A stretch of DNA of 64,000 nt, taken from IMG/VR virus record IMGVR_UViG_3300036781_000838, positions 1 through 64,000 of that record; one strand, given 5' to 3'. Position numbers and translations under genes: made by a program. Numbering within the stretch: the first letter of the stretch is position 1; every line of letters begins with the position of its first letter. Positions 9,643-18,956 of this stretch are shown piece after piece. The notes below the pieces were generated by a model. The model was not told the origin of the DNA. It ran no database searches and worked only from the letters and a program-made list of their open reading frames with translations. Origin of the DNA: a virus.

Positions 9643-10035
9643 TCATGATAATCGGGCAGATTGTCTTCTTTCTATTGCACGAAGCGTTGCTGTTTCTTCC
9701 GAAGTACAAAAGACAACGTCGTCAATTACGAATTCTAACAAGGACCTACAGTCAATAAGTTCTCTATCCGCTTTTATAGGTAAGGGAAAGCCAACGATGA
9801 CAGCCTTGCCAAACACATCTTCTCCCGTCGAAGAAATTCGGAAGGCTAAATAATTTTCGTTTTCCTCCGTGTCAGCCGCAGCATATAAATTATCTCCGTT
9901 TTTGAGGTCTAACACCCAATCGGAAGAAAACCCTAAAATAGTTGAGGTAGTATGAACCGCATTATTGCATTCCGGCTCATATTTAATCTCTTTAATAGTT
10001 TGTGTCACTGGATCGATTACAATTGCTTTTAACAT
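9643..10035 (-). CDS. hypothetical protein, paralogue B (DUF3846-like, uncertain)
   Basis: 130 aa; shared motifs KAI.IDP, NGD..Y, YLAF..S.TG..V.GK.VI.GF, VVFC..EET.TLR. Confidence 0.7.
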   Translation of the reverse strand: MLKAIVIDPVTQTIKEIKYEPECNNAVHTTSTILGFSSDWVLDLKNGDNLYAAADTEENENYLAFRISSTGEDVFGKAVIVGFPLPIKADRELIDCRSLLEFVIDDVVFCTSEETATLRAIERRQSARLS

Positions 10036-10070
10036 AGTTTTTATTTTTTGAAAGGCAACTTTACGATTTA

Positions 10071-10108
10071 TTTGGAAAATTAACCAATAAAGAATAGATT
10101 ATTTATAT
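10071..10108 (+). promoter_or_regulatory. putative late-type promoter (TTTG-N20-TAGATTAT)
   Basis: TTTG at 10071 and TAGATTAT at 10095; placed to restart transcription after the minus-strand pair. Confidence 0.55.
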
Positions 10109-10159
10109 AGGGTTTACCATGAATTCTATAAATCCATCCTATTAAAACTCATCGCCTCC

Positions 10160-10435
10160 ATGTACATATACCCCACGAATACCCTATGCAGTAGCTTTAT
10201 TATACAGGAAAAGAAAAATCTTGTATCAAGATTGTACAAAGATTGTAAAATAACTCTTGATGAGTTGCTGCTCCTTCTCGATAGGGATTCCACACCTTGT
10301 TACCAGCTTCCGTTATGTCCCCCGCCATATAACCCTTATCCTTCCTGGACTACTGGTAATCACCACAATGTAGTGTCTATGGGTGCCGGCAACGTGGAAA
10401 CCACTTCAACAAGTCTTGCCCTCCAGCGCGGATAA
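10160..10435 (+). CDS. small hypothetical phage protein
   Basis: 91-aa ORF between the promoter and the portal gene. Confidence 0.45.
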   Translation: MYIYPTNTLCSSFIIQEKKNLVSRLYKDCKITLDELLLLLDRDSTPCYQLPLCPPPYNPYPSWTTGNHHNVVSMGAGNVETTSTSLALQRG

Positions 10436-10450
10436 TGCCTCGAAAATTAA

Positions 10451-13183
10451 ATGCAAATACTCAATGCACTGCAGACCAAAGCAGGTGCTAAAACGGAATA
10501 CAGTAAAATCGGTTCATTAACGCAACCCCTGCAATTCCTTCCCCTGAAAGAGAAGGATGCAAAGTGGGCTGCTTGGAACCTGGATTGGCTGGAATACCAG
10601 GGTGTTAAGCAGATAAGAAGGAATGGTAAACGGTTTCTTAAGAATATCCGGCTGGCTTATGGGATCATTGAACGGTCGGATTACCTGGTTGAAGAAGCAA
10701 ATGAATCGGGGGAACTGATTGACTACCTGACAAAAGAAGATAGTTCCGCGCTCGATCTTAAGTTCTACCCCATTATTCCTAATGTCATCAATGTGCTGAC
10801 TGGGGAATTCTCCAAAAGGACCTCCAAAATAATGTTCCGGGCAGTAGATGACACCTCCTACAATGAAATGCTGGAGGAAAAACGGCAGATGTTGGAGGAT
10901 ACCCTTGTCCGGCAAGCGGAACAAAAGGTGTTCCAGCAAATGATTCAGCAGGGGGAGGATCCCAACAGCCCGGAAGCAAAACAGGCTTTATCTCCGGATA
11001 ATATTAAAAGCCTACCTGAAATAGAAGCCTTCTTTGGGAAGAGCTACCGCAGCATGATCGAGGAGTGGGCCACTCACCAAAAACAGGTGGATGAGGAACG
11101 CTTTAAGATGCAGGAAGCAGAGGAACGGCAGTTCGCCCGGATGCTGATCCTAAATCGGGAGTTCTGGCATTTTAAAATGAATGAGGACGATTATGAGATC
11201 GAAGAGTGGGACCCTGTTTTCACCTTCTATCATAAGTCGCCGGATACCCGGTATATCTCTCAAGGCAATTTCGCCGGTAAGATTGACCTGATGACCGTGG
11301 CGGATGTCATTGATAAGTATGGCTATTTGATGTCTGATGAACAGCTGCGGACGCTGGAATTCATTTACCCGGTAAAATCATTGGCTTACAACCTGAGCGG
11401 CACTCCAAACGACGGTTCCTTCTACGACGGATCCCGCTCGTATAAGTGGAACACCAATAGCCCTTCCCTGGGCTACCGGCAAATGGCCGGCTTTTTCGAC
11501 AATTTCAAGTACAATGGTGATATCGTCCAATGGCTGATGAATGATACGGAGGACTTCCTGGATTTCGGAAATACCAACCTTATCCGCGTATCTACCATCT
11601 ATTGGAAAACACAACGCAAGCTCTTCCATCTTACGAAAATTGATAAGGACAACCCTGAACCGATCCAGGAGATTGTAGATGAAACGTACAAGGTTACCTG
11701 TAAGCCCATTTACGATACAACCATTTATACCCTGAAAACAAAAGACAACCTGGTATATGGCGAACACCTGGACGCCATCTGGATAAATGAGGTTTGGGGA
11801 GGGGTTCGTATCGGCGCCAACAGACCTACTTCCTGGATGAACGAGCCATCGGAAGTCAATCCGATCTACTTAGGTATTAACCGCCCAGAACCCGGGCGCC
11901 TGCCGTTCCAGTTTAAAGGAGATCTTTCCCTCTATGGCTGCAAGCTCCCCATCGAGGGAAGTGTGTTTTCAGATCGAAACATGCGCTCTGTATCCCTGGT
12001 CGACCTGATGAAGCCCTTCCAGATAGGTTATAATCTCACCAATAACCAGATTAGCGACATCCTGGTGGACGAATTGGGTACTGTCATCTTGCTGGATCAA
12101 AACGCGCTGCCTAAACAAAGCCTGGGAGAAGATTGGGGAAGGGGTAACCTGGCCAAGGCATTTGTAGCGATGAGAAATTTCCAGATACTCCCCCTGGATA
12201 CGACACTACAAAACACCGAAGGCGCTACCCAGTTTAACCAGTATACGCAGCTAAATATGGAGCAGACCAACCGGCTCATGAGCCGGATACAGCTCTCCAA
12301 ATATTTTAAAGAGGCCGCTTTTGAAGTGGTTGGAGTTACCCCACAACGAATCGGGGAAGTCGCCGCCTCTGAAACAGCTACCGGCACCACCCAGGCAGTG
12401 AATAATTCCTATTCACAGACCGAAAAATACTTTACCCAGCATTCTGATTGGCTCATGCCCAGGGTCCACCAGATGAGGACTGACTTGGCGCAGTATTACC
12501 AATCGAAGAATCCATCCCTGCGCTTACAGTATATCACCTCGATGGATGAAAGAGTAAACTTCCAAATGAATGGGACAGATCTTTTATCACGGGATATTAA
12601 TGTATTCTGTACCACCAAAGTAAATCACCGGGAAATATTACAACAGATGAAGCAAATAGCCCTGACTAACAACACGGCTGGCGCTTCCATTTATGACCTG
12701 GGCAATGTAATAAAAGCTGAATCGATAGCTGAATTGACCCGGGTGCTCAAATCTGCTGAGGATAAAACGGCTGCACAAAAACAACAAGAGCAGGATCAGC
12801 AGCAGCAATTACAGCAACAACAAGAAGAGGCTCAAGCGGCGGCATTAAAAGATCAACAGGCGTTTGATGCACAGCAGCGTGACCTCGATCGACAGAAGGA
12901 TATCACTGTCGCTGAAATTAAAGCTGCCGGCTATCCGGACACCTCCGATAATGGCGAGGATGAGTATATGAACCGGCTGCAGTTTATTCAAGGACAGTCA
13001 CAGTATGAGGATACTATGAATTTCAAACGGCAACAGGAGGATAATAAGATTCAAATGAATAATCAGAAAGTATCGCTCGACCAGCAAAAAATGCAGACAC
13101 AGCGAGATGTCGCCCAGAAACAGGAAAATATTGCCCGGATAAATAAAAACAAATATGACCGTCCCGCACAAAAGAAAAAATAA
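10451..13183 (+). CDS. portal protein
   Basis: 910 aa after TerL; 'FYPIIPNVINVLTGE', 'SLVDLMKPFQ', 'GVTPQRIG'; Q-rich coiled-coil C-terminus. Confidence 0.9.
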   Translation: MQILNALQTKAGAKTEYSKIGSLTQPLQFLPLKEKDAKWAAWNLDWLEYQGVKQIRRNGKRFLKNIRLAYGIIERSDYLVEEANESGELIDYLTKEDSSALDLKFYPIIPNVINVLTGEFSKRTSKIMFRAVDDTSYNEMLEEKRQMLEDTLVRQAEQKVFQQMIQQGEDPNSPEAKQALSPDNIKSLPEIEAFFGKSYRSMIEEWATHQKQVDEERFKMQEAEERQFARMLILNREFWHFKMNEDDYEIEEWDPVFTFYHKSPDTRYISQGNFAGKIDLMTVADVIDKYGYLMSDEQLRTLEFIYPVKSLAYNLSGTPNDGSFYDGSRSYKWNTNSPSLGYRQMAGFFDNFKYNGDIVQWLMNDTEDFLDFGNTNLIRVSTIYWKTQRKLFHLTKIDKDNPEPIQEIVDETYKVTCKPIYDTTIYTLKTKDNLVYGEHLDAIWINEVWGGVRIGANRPTSWMNEPSEVNPIYLGINRPEPGRLPFQFKGDLSLYGCKLPIEGSVFSDRNMRSVSLVDLMKPFQIGYNLTNNQISDILVDELGTVILLDQNALPKQSLGEDWGRGNLAKAFVAMRNFQILPLDTTLQNTEGATQFNQYTQLNMEQTNRLMSRIQLSKYFKEAAFEVVGVTPQRIGEVAASETATGTTQAVNNSYSQTEKYFTQHSDWLMPRVHQMRTDLAQYYQSKNPSLRLQYITSMDERVNFQMNGTDLLSRDINVFCTTKVNHREILQQMKQIALTNNTAGASIYDLGNVIKAESIAELTRVLKSAEDKTAAQKQQEQDQQQQLQQQQEEAQAAALKDQQAFDAQQRDLDRQKDITVAEIKAAGYPDTSDNGEDEYMNRLQFIQGQSQYEDTMNFKRQQEDNKIQMNNQKVSLDQQKMQTQRDVAQKQENIARINKNKYDRPAQKKK

Positions 13184-13287
13184 GTATAGCGATATAATAC
13201 GCAATACTCCGGTGAGATAATGTAAGAATGGACTTTCGTCCTCATTAAGGCATATATTTTTATTGAAGCACAAAAACCAAATGATGT

Positions 13288-14541
13288 ATGCCCGATAATA
13301 CCACGGTAAGAACAATTGATATTGAAAGCCTCGATGATCTGTTCCCAGGAGTTGCTACCGATAGTGTTATCGTGCCAGAAGCGGTAAAGAAATCAGTGCT
13401 CAGCACGGATGAACCCGTCAATCTTGATCCGAAGAATCTGGAAAAACCCATAGCCCCGGTAGTTGTCCCTGCAGCTGGTGAGACGGCGGTCGCTACGGAA
13501 GTAAAACCAGCCGGTGACGAGAATGTAAGTTTCGATGATTTGGTTGAAACAAATGAAGAAGCAAATAAAGTTGCAGGCAGGGCTAAGACAGACAAATCAG
13601 GCATTGTAGAGTTGTATAAAAAGAAAATTGACGCCGGCGTTATGGTCCCCTTTGATGATTACAAAGAGGGGGACAATATCGAAGAATACCTCGGCAAACT
13701 CTCGATGAAGGACCTCGAAGACTTGTGGGATGCCAACGAAACGAGAAAGGTCCAGGAGGTAGAACAAAAAGTACCTCAACAGTTCTTTAATTCACTTCCC
13801 CAGGAACTACAATTCGCCGCAAAATATGTGGCTGACGGTGGAACCGATATGCGGGGTTTATTTAAGGCCCTCGCCCAGGTCGAAGAAGTCCGACAGCTCG
13901 ATCCTGAGAAGAACCCGCGGGAGGTTGCTTATCAATATTTGAAAGCAACCAATTACGGGGATGATGCCGAGATCAAAGAGCAACTGGACGAGTGGGAAGA
14001 CGTAGGTACAATTAATAAGAAAGCCCTGGGCTTTAAGCCAAAGCTGGACAAGATGCAGTCTGAGATAGTTCAGACACAACTGGATCAGCAGGCTGAACAA
14101 AAAGTACAGCGGGACCAGGCTGCCGCCAGGTATGTACAGAATGTCCAGGATTCCTTGAAACAACCTGAAATAGCAGGAATCAAACTCGATAAGAAGACCC
14201 ATGACTTTCTGACCCAGGGGCTACTGCAACCAGCCTTTCCCTCCATTACTGGTAAACCTACCAATCTGCTTGGTCACCTGCTGGAGAAGTACCAGGTCGT
14301 CGAACCGAATTACCAATTGGTGGCGGAGGCCATGTGGCTCCTGGCAGACCCCGATGGTTACCGGAACAAACTGATAGAAAGAGGCAAAAATGAAAATACT
14401 GCTGCCACTGTCCGGCAGTTGAAGACAGAAGCCACCCGTAAGCAATCCTCTTCCCAATATGATGAGGATGCGACTGGTGGCGGACAGAAAAGAACACCAA
14501 AAACAGTGCAACGACCTGGCGCAGCGATGTTTAAAAGATAG
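13288..14541 (+). CDS. putative capsid scaffold/assembly protein
   Basis: Acidic, helical, low-complexity N-terminus; lies between portal and MCP as in crAss-like phages. Confidence 0.6.
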   Translation: MPDNTTVRTIDIESLDDLFPGVATDSVIVPEAVKKSVLSTDEPVNLDPKNLEKPIAPVVVPAAGETAVATEVKPAGDENVSFDDLVETNEEANKVAGRAKTDKSGIVELYKKKIDAGVMVPFDDYKEGDNIEEYLGKLSMKDLEDLWDANETRKVQEVEQKVPQQFFNSLPQELQFAAKYVADGGTDMRGLFKALAQVEEVRQLDPEKNPREVAYQYLKATNYGDDAEIKEQLDEWEDVGTINKKALGFKPKLDKMQSEIVQTQLDQQAEQKVQRDQAAARYVQNVQDSLKQPEIAGIKLDKKTHDFLTQGLLQPAFPSITGKPTNLLGHLLEKYQVVEPNYQLVAEAMWLLADPDGYRNKLIERGKNENTAATVRQLKTEATRKQSSSQYDEDATGGGQKRTPKTVQRPGAAMFKR

Positions 14542-14574
14542 CAAGCGCCCTAATCCTATATCCTAAGAAAAACT

Positions 14575-16200
14575 ATGCCTACACCAGTATTAAACAATGG
14601 CCTATTCCTGCGAGATGTGGAACTGCGAGCAGGCTCACATTTAGATTCATATCACCTGATGAATATGCTAGGTGATGCGGAACCCACCGACATGGGTCCG
14701 ATTGATCTATGGGTGATGGCCCAGAAGGTAGAGATGCCGCTTTACCAACTATCCTCTTTTAATGGAAAAAATATTCAATATGTCGATAATGCCAAGGGAG
14801 AATGGAAGTGGCAAATTCCGATTACCGATGAACTTCCCTATGTCGTAGAAGACATCGAGCCGAGTAATATTACTAAAGGTATTGATGGCCACGAATTCCG
14901 GATTAAATACAATAAGAAAGTATTCGGTCATGGTGAGGTGATCACCTACGACAAAATGAACGGTATTCAGCTCTACATCACTGACGAGGATATTCTACCG
15001 GTAGGCGATGGTTATTTATACACTGTCCGGATCCGCAACAACGACTCCTTTAAGTTCCTGGATAATCAGTTCCTGAACAACAAGACCAGGTGGTTCCGTC
15101 TTACTTCGAGCATTGGAGAATATGGCCAGCGGTACGCTGATCTGACCGTAGAAGCAGGTTACAGGGAGTTTTACAACTTCGTCGGTAACGAAAGTGCTCA
15201 CTTTGAGTATTCCATCAGTTCCAAAGCTGAATTAATGCTCCGGGGTGGTGTCCGTGCTACCGGTGCCCTGGCGGTGAATGAGATCTGGAATGTGCATGAT
15301 AAGACGGTACTGGATCCTTCCATTACCCGTATTGAGCAGCTTGCTGCCAAAATGGGGAAAGACTGGATGAAAACGGCCCTTTCCGAAGGTAAGTTATCCC
15401 GATCCTTTGTCACCAAACTCGAATCAGCCGGCTTATCCAAGATCACCCAGGATATTGAAAATGACCTGATGTGGGGACAAGGTGGCGCCATCCAAACCCA
15501 GGGACCAGAAATTCTGAGAGCTTCCGTTGGCTTATGGAAACAGCTTGACAACTCGTACAAGCATATCTATAACATGGCCTCTTTCAACCTGGATATGTTT
15601 GAAAGTGAGATCAACAACTTTTACTATGGTAAAGTTGACTTGGTAGGCCCTGATCCCAAGCGGCAGATCATTGTTCAGACCGGTAGAGCGGGGATGAAAA
15701 TGGTGAATGAGGCAATCGCTAAAAAGGCGCTAAGCCAAAACCTTACGACCCAGTCAACCGAAATCGGGGCTATCAAGATGAATCCGTCAAACATGAGTTT
15801 GCACTATGGATTCTCTTTCACCAGCTTCACCATTCCGTTCATCGCCAATGTGCAGTTTGTTTACAATCCTGCCCTGGACCCGGTTAATGCGAATGAAATT
15901 GAAAATCCGATTATCAACGGCTACCGGTTATCTTCTTACTCGTTCATCATCTTCGATATCACGGACGAAGGAAACGATAATATCAAGCTCCTGCGTAAGT
16001 CCTGGGATAATGAGCTGAGGTGGTGGTACATCAATGGAAAATTTGACTACCAGGGTCGTACTTCCGGATTCCAGAGTAGCGGCGGCAACTTCGGGTATAA
16101 AGTACAAATGGAGAAACCCAAAGATGCCTTATGGGTTAAAGACCCGACCAAAGTGCTGAAAATAGTAATGCGAAACCCCATCACAGGAGGATCGCTGTAA
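14575..16200 (+). CDS. major capsid protein
   Basis: 541 aa at the canonical position; 'LMWG', 'GLWKQL', 'VQTGRAG'; followed by a strong hairpin. Confidence 0.88.
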   Translation: MPTPVLNNGLFLRDVELRAGSHLDSYHLMNMLGDAEPTDMGPIDLWVMAQKVEMPLYQLSSFNGKNIQYVDNAKGEWKWQIPITDELPYVVEDIEPSNITKGIDGHEFRIKYNKKVFGHGEVITYDKMNGIQLYITDEDILPVGDGYLYTVRIRNNDSFKFLDNQFLNNKTRWFRLTSSIGEYGQRYADLTVEAGYREFYNFVGNESAHFEYSISSKAELMLRGGVRATGALAVNEIWNVHDKTVLDPSITRIEQLAAKMGKDWMKTALSEGKLSRSFVTKLESAGLSKITQDIENDLMWGQGGAIQTQGPEILRASVGLWKQLDNSYKHIYNMASFNLDMFESEINNFYYGKVDLVGPDPKRQIIVQTGRAGMKMVNEAIAKKALSQNLTTQSTEIGAIKMNPSNMSLHYGFSFTSFTIPFIANVQFVYNPALDPVNANEIENPIINGYRLSSYSFIIFDITDEGNDNIKLLRKSWDNELRWWYINGKFDYQGRTSGFQSSGGNFGYKVQMEKPKDALWVKDPTKVLKIVMRNPITGGSL

Positions 16201-16206
16201 TCAACT

Positions 16207-16231
16207 GGAAGGGGGAGTTTTTCCCCCTTCC
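16207..16231 (+). terminator. 10-bp hairpin after MCP (partial terminator or mRNA-stabilising stem)
   Basis: GGAAGGGGGA-gtttt-TCCCCCTTCC with no downstream U-tract. Confidence 0.6.
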
Positions 16232-16279
16232 TCCATACCAGGATAGTTCACAAAAAACCAACCGTCGAAACCACTCAGT

Positions 16280-17272
16280 ATGACCAGAACATATACAAAA
16301 GTTACCATACGACCCTATGTAGAGAAGAATAAATTCAATATGGGTCTTGAGAAGTATAACCAGGCTCTTTTTGATGGTGCTGTTCATACCATTGAGATGG
16401 TGGCGCTTCAGGAGGGAGATATGGTCAGGTATATTACCGGGCTAAACCCCTTCGCTCCTGATGTGAAGATGCTTCCGGAGGAGGAGCGGGTTGCCAAGGA
16501 ACAACAGATAAAGGAAACCGTCATTCAGGCTGAAAAACAACTGGCCGGTAACATTATCCGTAAGGATGATGAAGAGTGGTGGAACAAGGTAAAGAAACTA
16601 AAAGCGGATAACATCCCTTTTTGGTCCAGCCCGGATCTTAAACTGGAGCTGAATAATGAACCACTATACCTGGAGCCGGGTAAAAACGCGCTCGACCTGT
16701 TAAAGTACATTGCTGTCAAAGCGGGCGGATACCCTGAAATTGCCCGGAACCTGGATGATGCGCGGTCAAGAGCCAAAGCACCCAAATTTTACCTGGATGA
16801 ACTGGAAGAGACAGCCTCCATTAAAACGGAAGTATCCAAACTCCGTAACCAGGCCGGTGGGGAGTTACAAAAGCTATATGAAAAGAATGTAAATAAGCTG
16901 CTGTATATCCTTAAAGTAATTGACGCCAACTCCCCGCAGTATAAAAAATCTACCCCCATTGATATCCTGTATGAGAATGCAGACAAATATATCAATGGAG
17001 AGACAGTAGACAAAGACAAGCGCAAAACCGCGAAGACTTTCCTGGAAGTATCAAACCTGGACATGGAAACCCTTAAACTAAGGGCGGCTGTTAAAGATGC
17101 CACGTTTTACCGGCTGGTTGCACTGAAAGGAGATGGGATGATATATGAAATGGAAACCGGGTCTGCCATGGGTAAAAATCCGACCCAGGTGGTCGAATTT
17201 CTCAAAAACCCACTTAACGAAGAAATCCTCAAACGGATCATGACCAAGGTGGAGCATTACTGGAGACAATAA
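16280..17272 (+). CDS. conserved crAss-like protein downstream of MCP
   Basis: 330-aa ORF in a conserved syntenic position. Confidence 0.7.
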   Translation: MTRTYTKVTIRPYVEKNKFNMGLEKYNQALFDGAVHTIEMVALQEGDMVRYITGLNPFAPDVKMLPEEERVAKEQQIKETVIQAEKQLAGNIIRKDDEEWWNKVKKLKADNIPFWSSPDLKLELNNEPLYLEPGKNALDLLKYIAVKAGGYPEIARNLDDARSRAKAPKFYLDELEETASIKTEVSKLRNQAGGELQKLYEKNVNKLLYILKVIDANSPQYKKSTPIDILYENADKYINGETVDKDKRKTAKTFLEVSNLDMETLKLRAAVKDATFYRLVALKGDGMIYEMETGSAMGKNPTQVVEFLKNPLNEEILKRIMTKVEHYWRQ

Positions 17273-17955
17273 TGAACAACGATCTTCTACAGATAAAAAT
17301 AAAGCAGCGACTCAACAAACTCGCTGCTTTTGACTATGACAACATTGAATGTTGGCAGATCCTGGAGGCGTTTAACAAAGTACAATTGCAATGGGCTGCC
17401 CGGGAAGCTGAAATGGGAGAGAGTTCCAAGCAATCCATTGAGCGGATGCAGGGACTTTTGAAGCAAATACCCCTTGCCGGATCAAACCAGAAATTACTCT
17501 ACCAAAGTATTGAAATCCCGGACGATTACCTTTCGTTCAAACGGATCTCATTTTATGGTTCCAAGGAGGGATGTAAGCACCCAAGGAAATTCAAAACATA
17601 CCTGGTGGAGGAAGCAAATATCGACGAACTGCTCCGGGATCCATTGCGACGGCCTGATTTTGATTGGGGGGAAGCCCTGGCGACTATGATGGGCAATAAG
17701 ATAAAGATACACACCAGCGCTCAGTTTATAGTAAATGATCCCGTTCTCGTATATTATCGGAAGCCTGCCCTATTACGTATTATTGGTTGTGTTGATCCCT
17801 CTACCGGGTTACTTGCTGAAACTGAACAGGCTTGCGAATTCAAAGAAGATGTAGTTGAGTTTTTAGTGAGCGAAACTGCGGCCCAACTTGCCGCTGACTT
17901 GGAAAGTATCAACCAGGTACAGATCAATGCTTCGTCGGCCCAGCGAAGCGAGTAA
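17272..17955 (+). CDS. putative tail ring/adaptor protein
   Basis: 227 aa; 'ILEAFNKVQ', 'IPDDYL', 'YYRKP', 'CEF' pattern of ring/adaptor proteins; TAATG coupling to the previous gene. Confidence 0.6.
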   Translation: MNNDLLQIKIKQRLNKLAAFDYDNIECWQILEAFNKVQLQWAAREAEMGESSKQSIERMQGLLKQIPLAGSNQKLLYQSIEIPDDYLSFKRISFYGSKEGCKHPRKFKTYLVEEANIDELLRDPLRRPDFDWGEALATMMGNKIKIHTSAQFIVNDPVLVYYRKPALLRIIGCVDPSTGLLAETEQACEFKEDVVEFLVSETAAQLAADLESINQVQINASSAQRSE

Positions 17956-17956
17956 G

Positions 17957-18184
17957 TTATTTAAAGTTAAGCAAAGTAAACTCATCTATTTCCAGCGCTT
18001 TACACACCTTTCTCAAAGTCAAAAAGGTGGCGTTTGTTTTACCTTTTTCTATCCTATTCATACTGGGACGTTTCATACCACACTTTTCCCCCAGTTTAAC
18101 CTGGGTAAGTCCCTTACTCTTACGTAAAGTTGTTATCCGTTTACCTAATTTTTTAAGAAACAACTGGTCAGATTTGGTCTTCAT
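17957..18184 (-). CDS. XRE-family helix-turn-helix regulator
   Basis: 'LGKRITTLRKSKGLTQVKLGEKCGMKRPSMNRIEKGKTN'; ATG at 18184 preferred over GTG at 18199. Confidence 0.88.
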   Translation of the reverse strand: MKTKSDQLFLKKLGKRITTLRKSKGLTQVKLGEKCGMKRPSMNRIEKGKTNATFLTLRKVCKALEIDEFTLLNFK

Positions 18185-18220
18185 AAGGGTAAATTGCACT
18201 AAAAATGCCTCATAGAGGTA

Positions 18221-18232
18221 ATCATATATGAT
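18221..18232. promoter_or_regulatory. perfect 12-bp palindrome, candidate operator for the XRE regulator
   Basis: ATCATATATGAT, about 37 nt upstream of the XRE ATG. Confidence 0.5.
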
Positions 18233-18335
18233 AACTTAACGTTTTTCCGGAAATAACTGCCAATTAAAATGGCACTATTATGGAATAAATTACGCTATTC
18301 CAGCGGAAAAAACTCCGTAATGGAGGCAGGAGAAT

Positions 18336-18776
18336 TTAATGGTGGTAGGTTTGAATAATGAATATTACTATTCCTGCAAGGAAGGCAAGAGCACTTATCC
18401 AAATAGCGATACTCGCTCGTTTTAATGATTGCTTTGCTGCCTGTAATGATTGCTCCGACAGGTCGTTGGCAAGTTTGGACATGCGGATAGGCTCTTCTCG
18501 CAGGTACGTTTCATGGGTATATCCACCGTTCATAATGAACTTGGCTCCTTCCGGAGTGAGCGAAATATACCAGGCAGCAATACCATGATCTCCAAAAGCA
18601 CCGGATGTATGACGTACCTTAATATACCCGGTCTGTTCTAAATACCGGATAAGGTCCATAGTCACTTGATCTTCGTTGGGGAGGGATTTGAAGAAGTCCG
18701 GACCCGCGATCTCCGTATTAATGCCCCAATCATTATTAAGTTGTCGAAGTATTTCATCCAGTAGTGCATTGGTCAT
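18336..18776 (-). CDS. membrane-anchored hypothetical protein (wHTH-like N-terminus, C-terminal TM helix)
   Basis: 'LIRYLEQTGYI...ISLTPEGAKF' and TM segment 'IAIWISALAFLAGIVIFII'. Confidence 0.7.
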   Translation of the reverse strand: MTNALLDEILRQLNNDWGINTEIAGPDFFKSLPNEDQVTMDLIRYLEQTGYIKVRHTSGAFGDHGIAAWYISLTPEGAKFIMNGGYTHETYLREEPIRMSKLANDLSEQSLQAAKQSLKRASIAIWISALAFLAGIVIFIIQTYHH

Positions 18777-18873
18777 AGCTGAAACTTGTTTGCTCTTTCA
18801 ATTATCAGTACCTGTAAAATTAAATTTACAATTATTATTTCAGACCCCGGAAAATAGCTGGCTGCAAAATAAA

Positions 18874-18911
18874 TTCTGGCAATTGCTTGCTTTTCCCTAT
18901 ATTATTTATAG
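18874..18911 (+). promoter_or_regulatory. putative late-type promoter
   Basis: TATATTATTTATA at 18898, identical to the core at 1237; degenerate TTCTG at the -33 position. Confidence 0.5.
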
Positions 18912-18956
18912 GAGGTACATATCTCCGTTCTATTATAATCCAATCCTATTTAAAGC

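Noticed and set aside
12775-12845. CAG/CAA-rich repeat
   Set aside because: It encodes the Q-rich coiled coil of the portal and is not an independent repeat element
6881-16200. Introns or inteins in terL, portal or MCP
   Set aside because: The ORFs are uninterrupted and of expected size, with no recognisable intein or homing-endonuclease motifs
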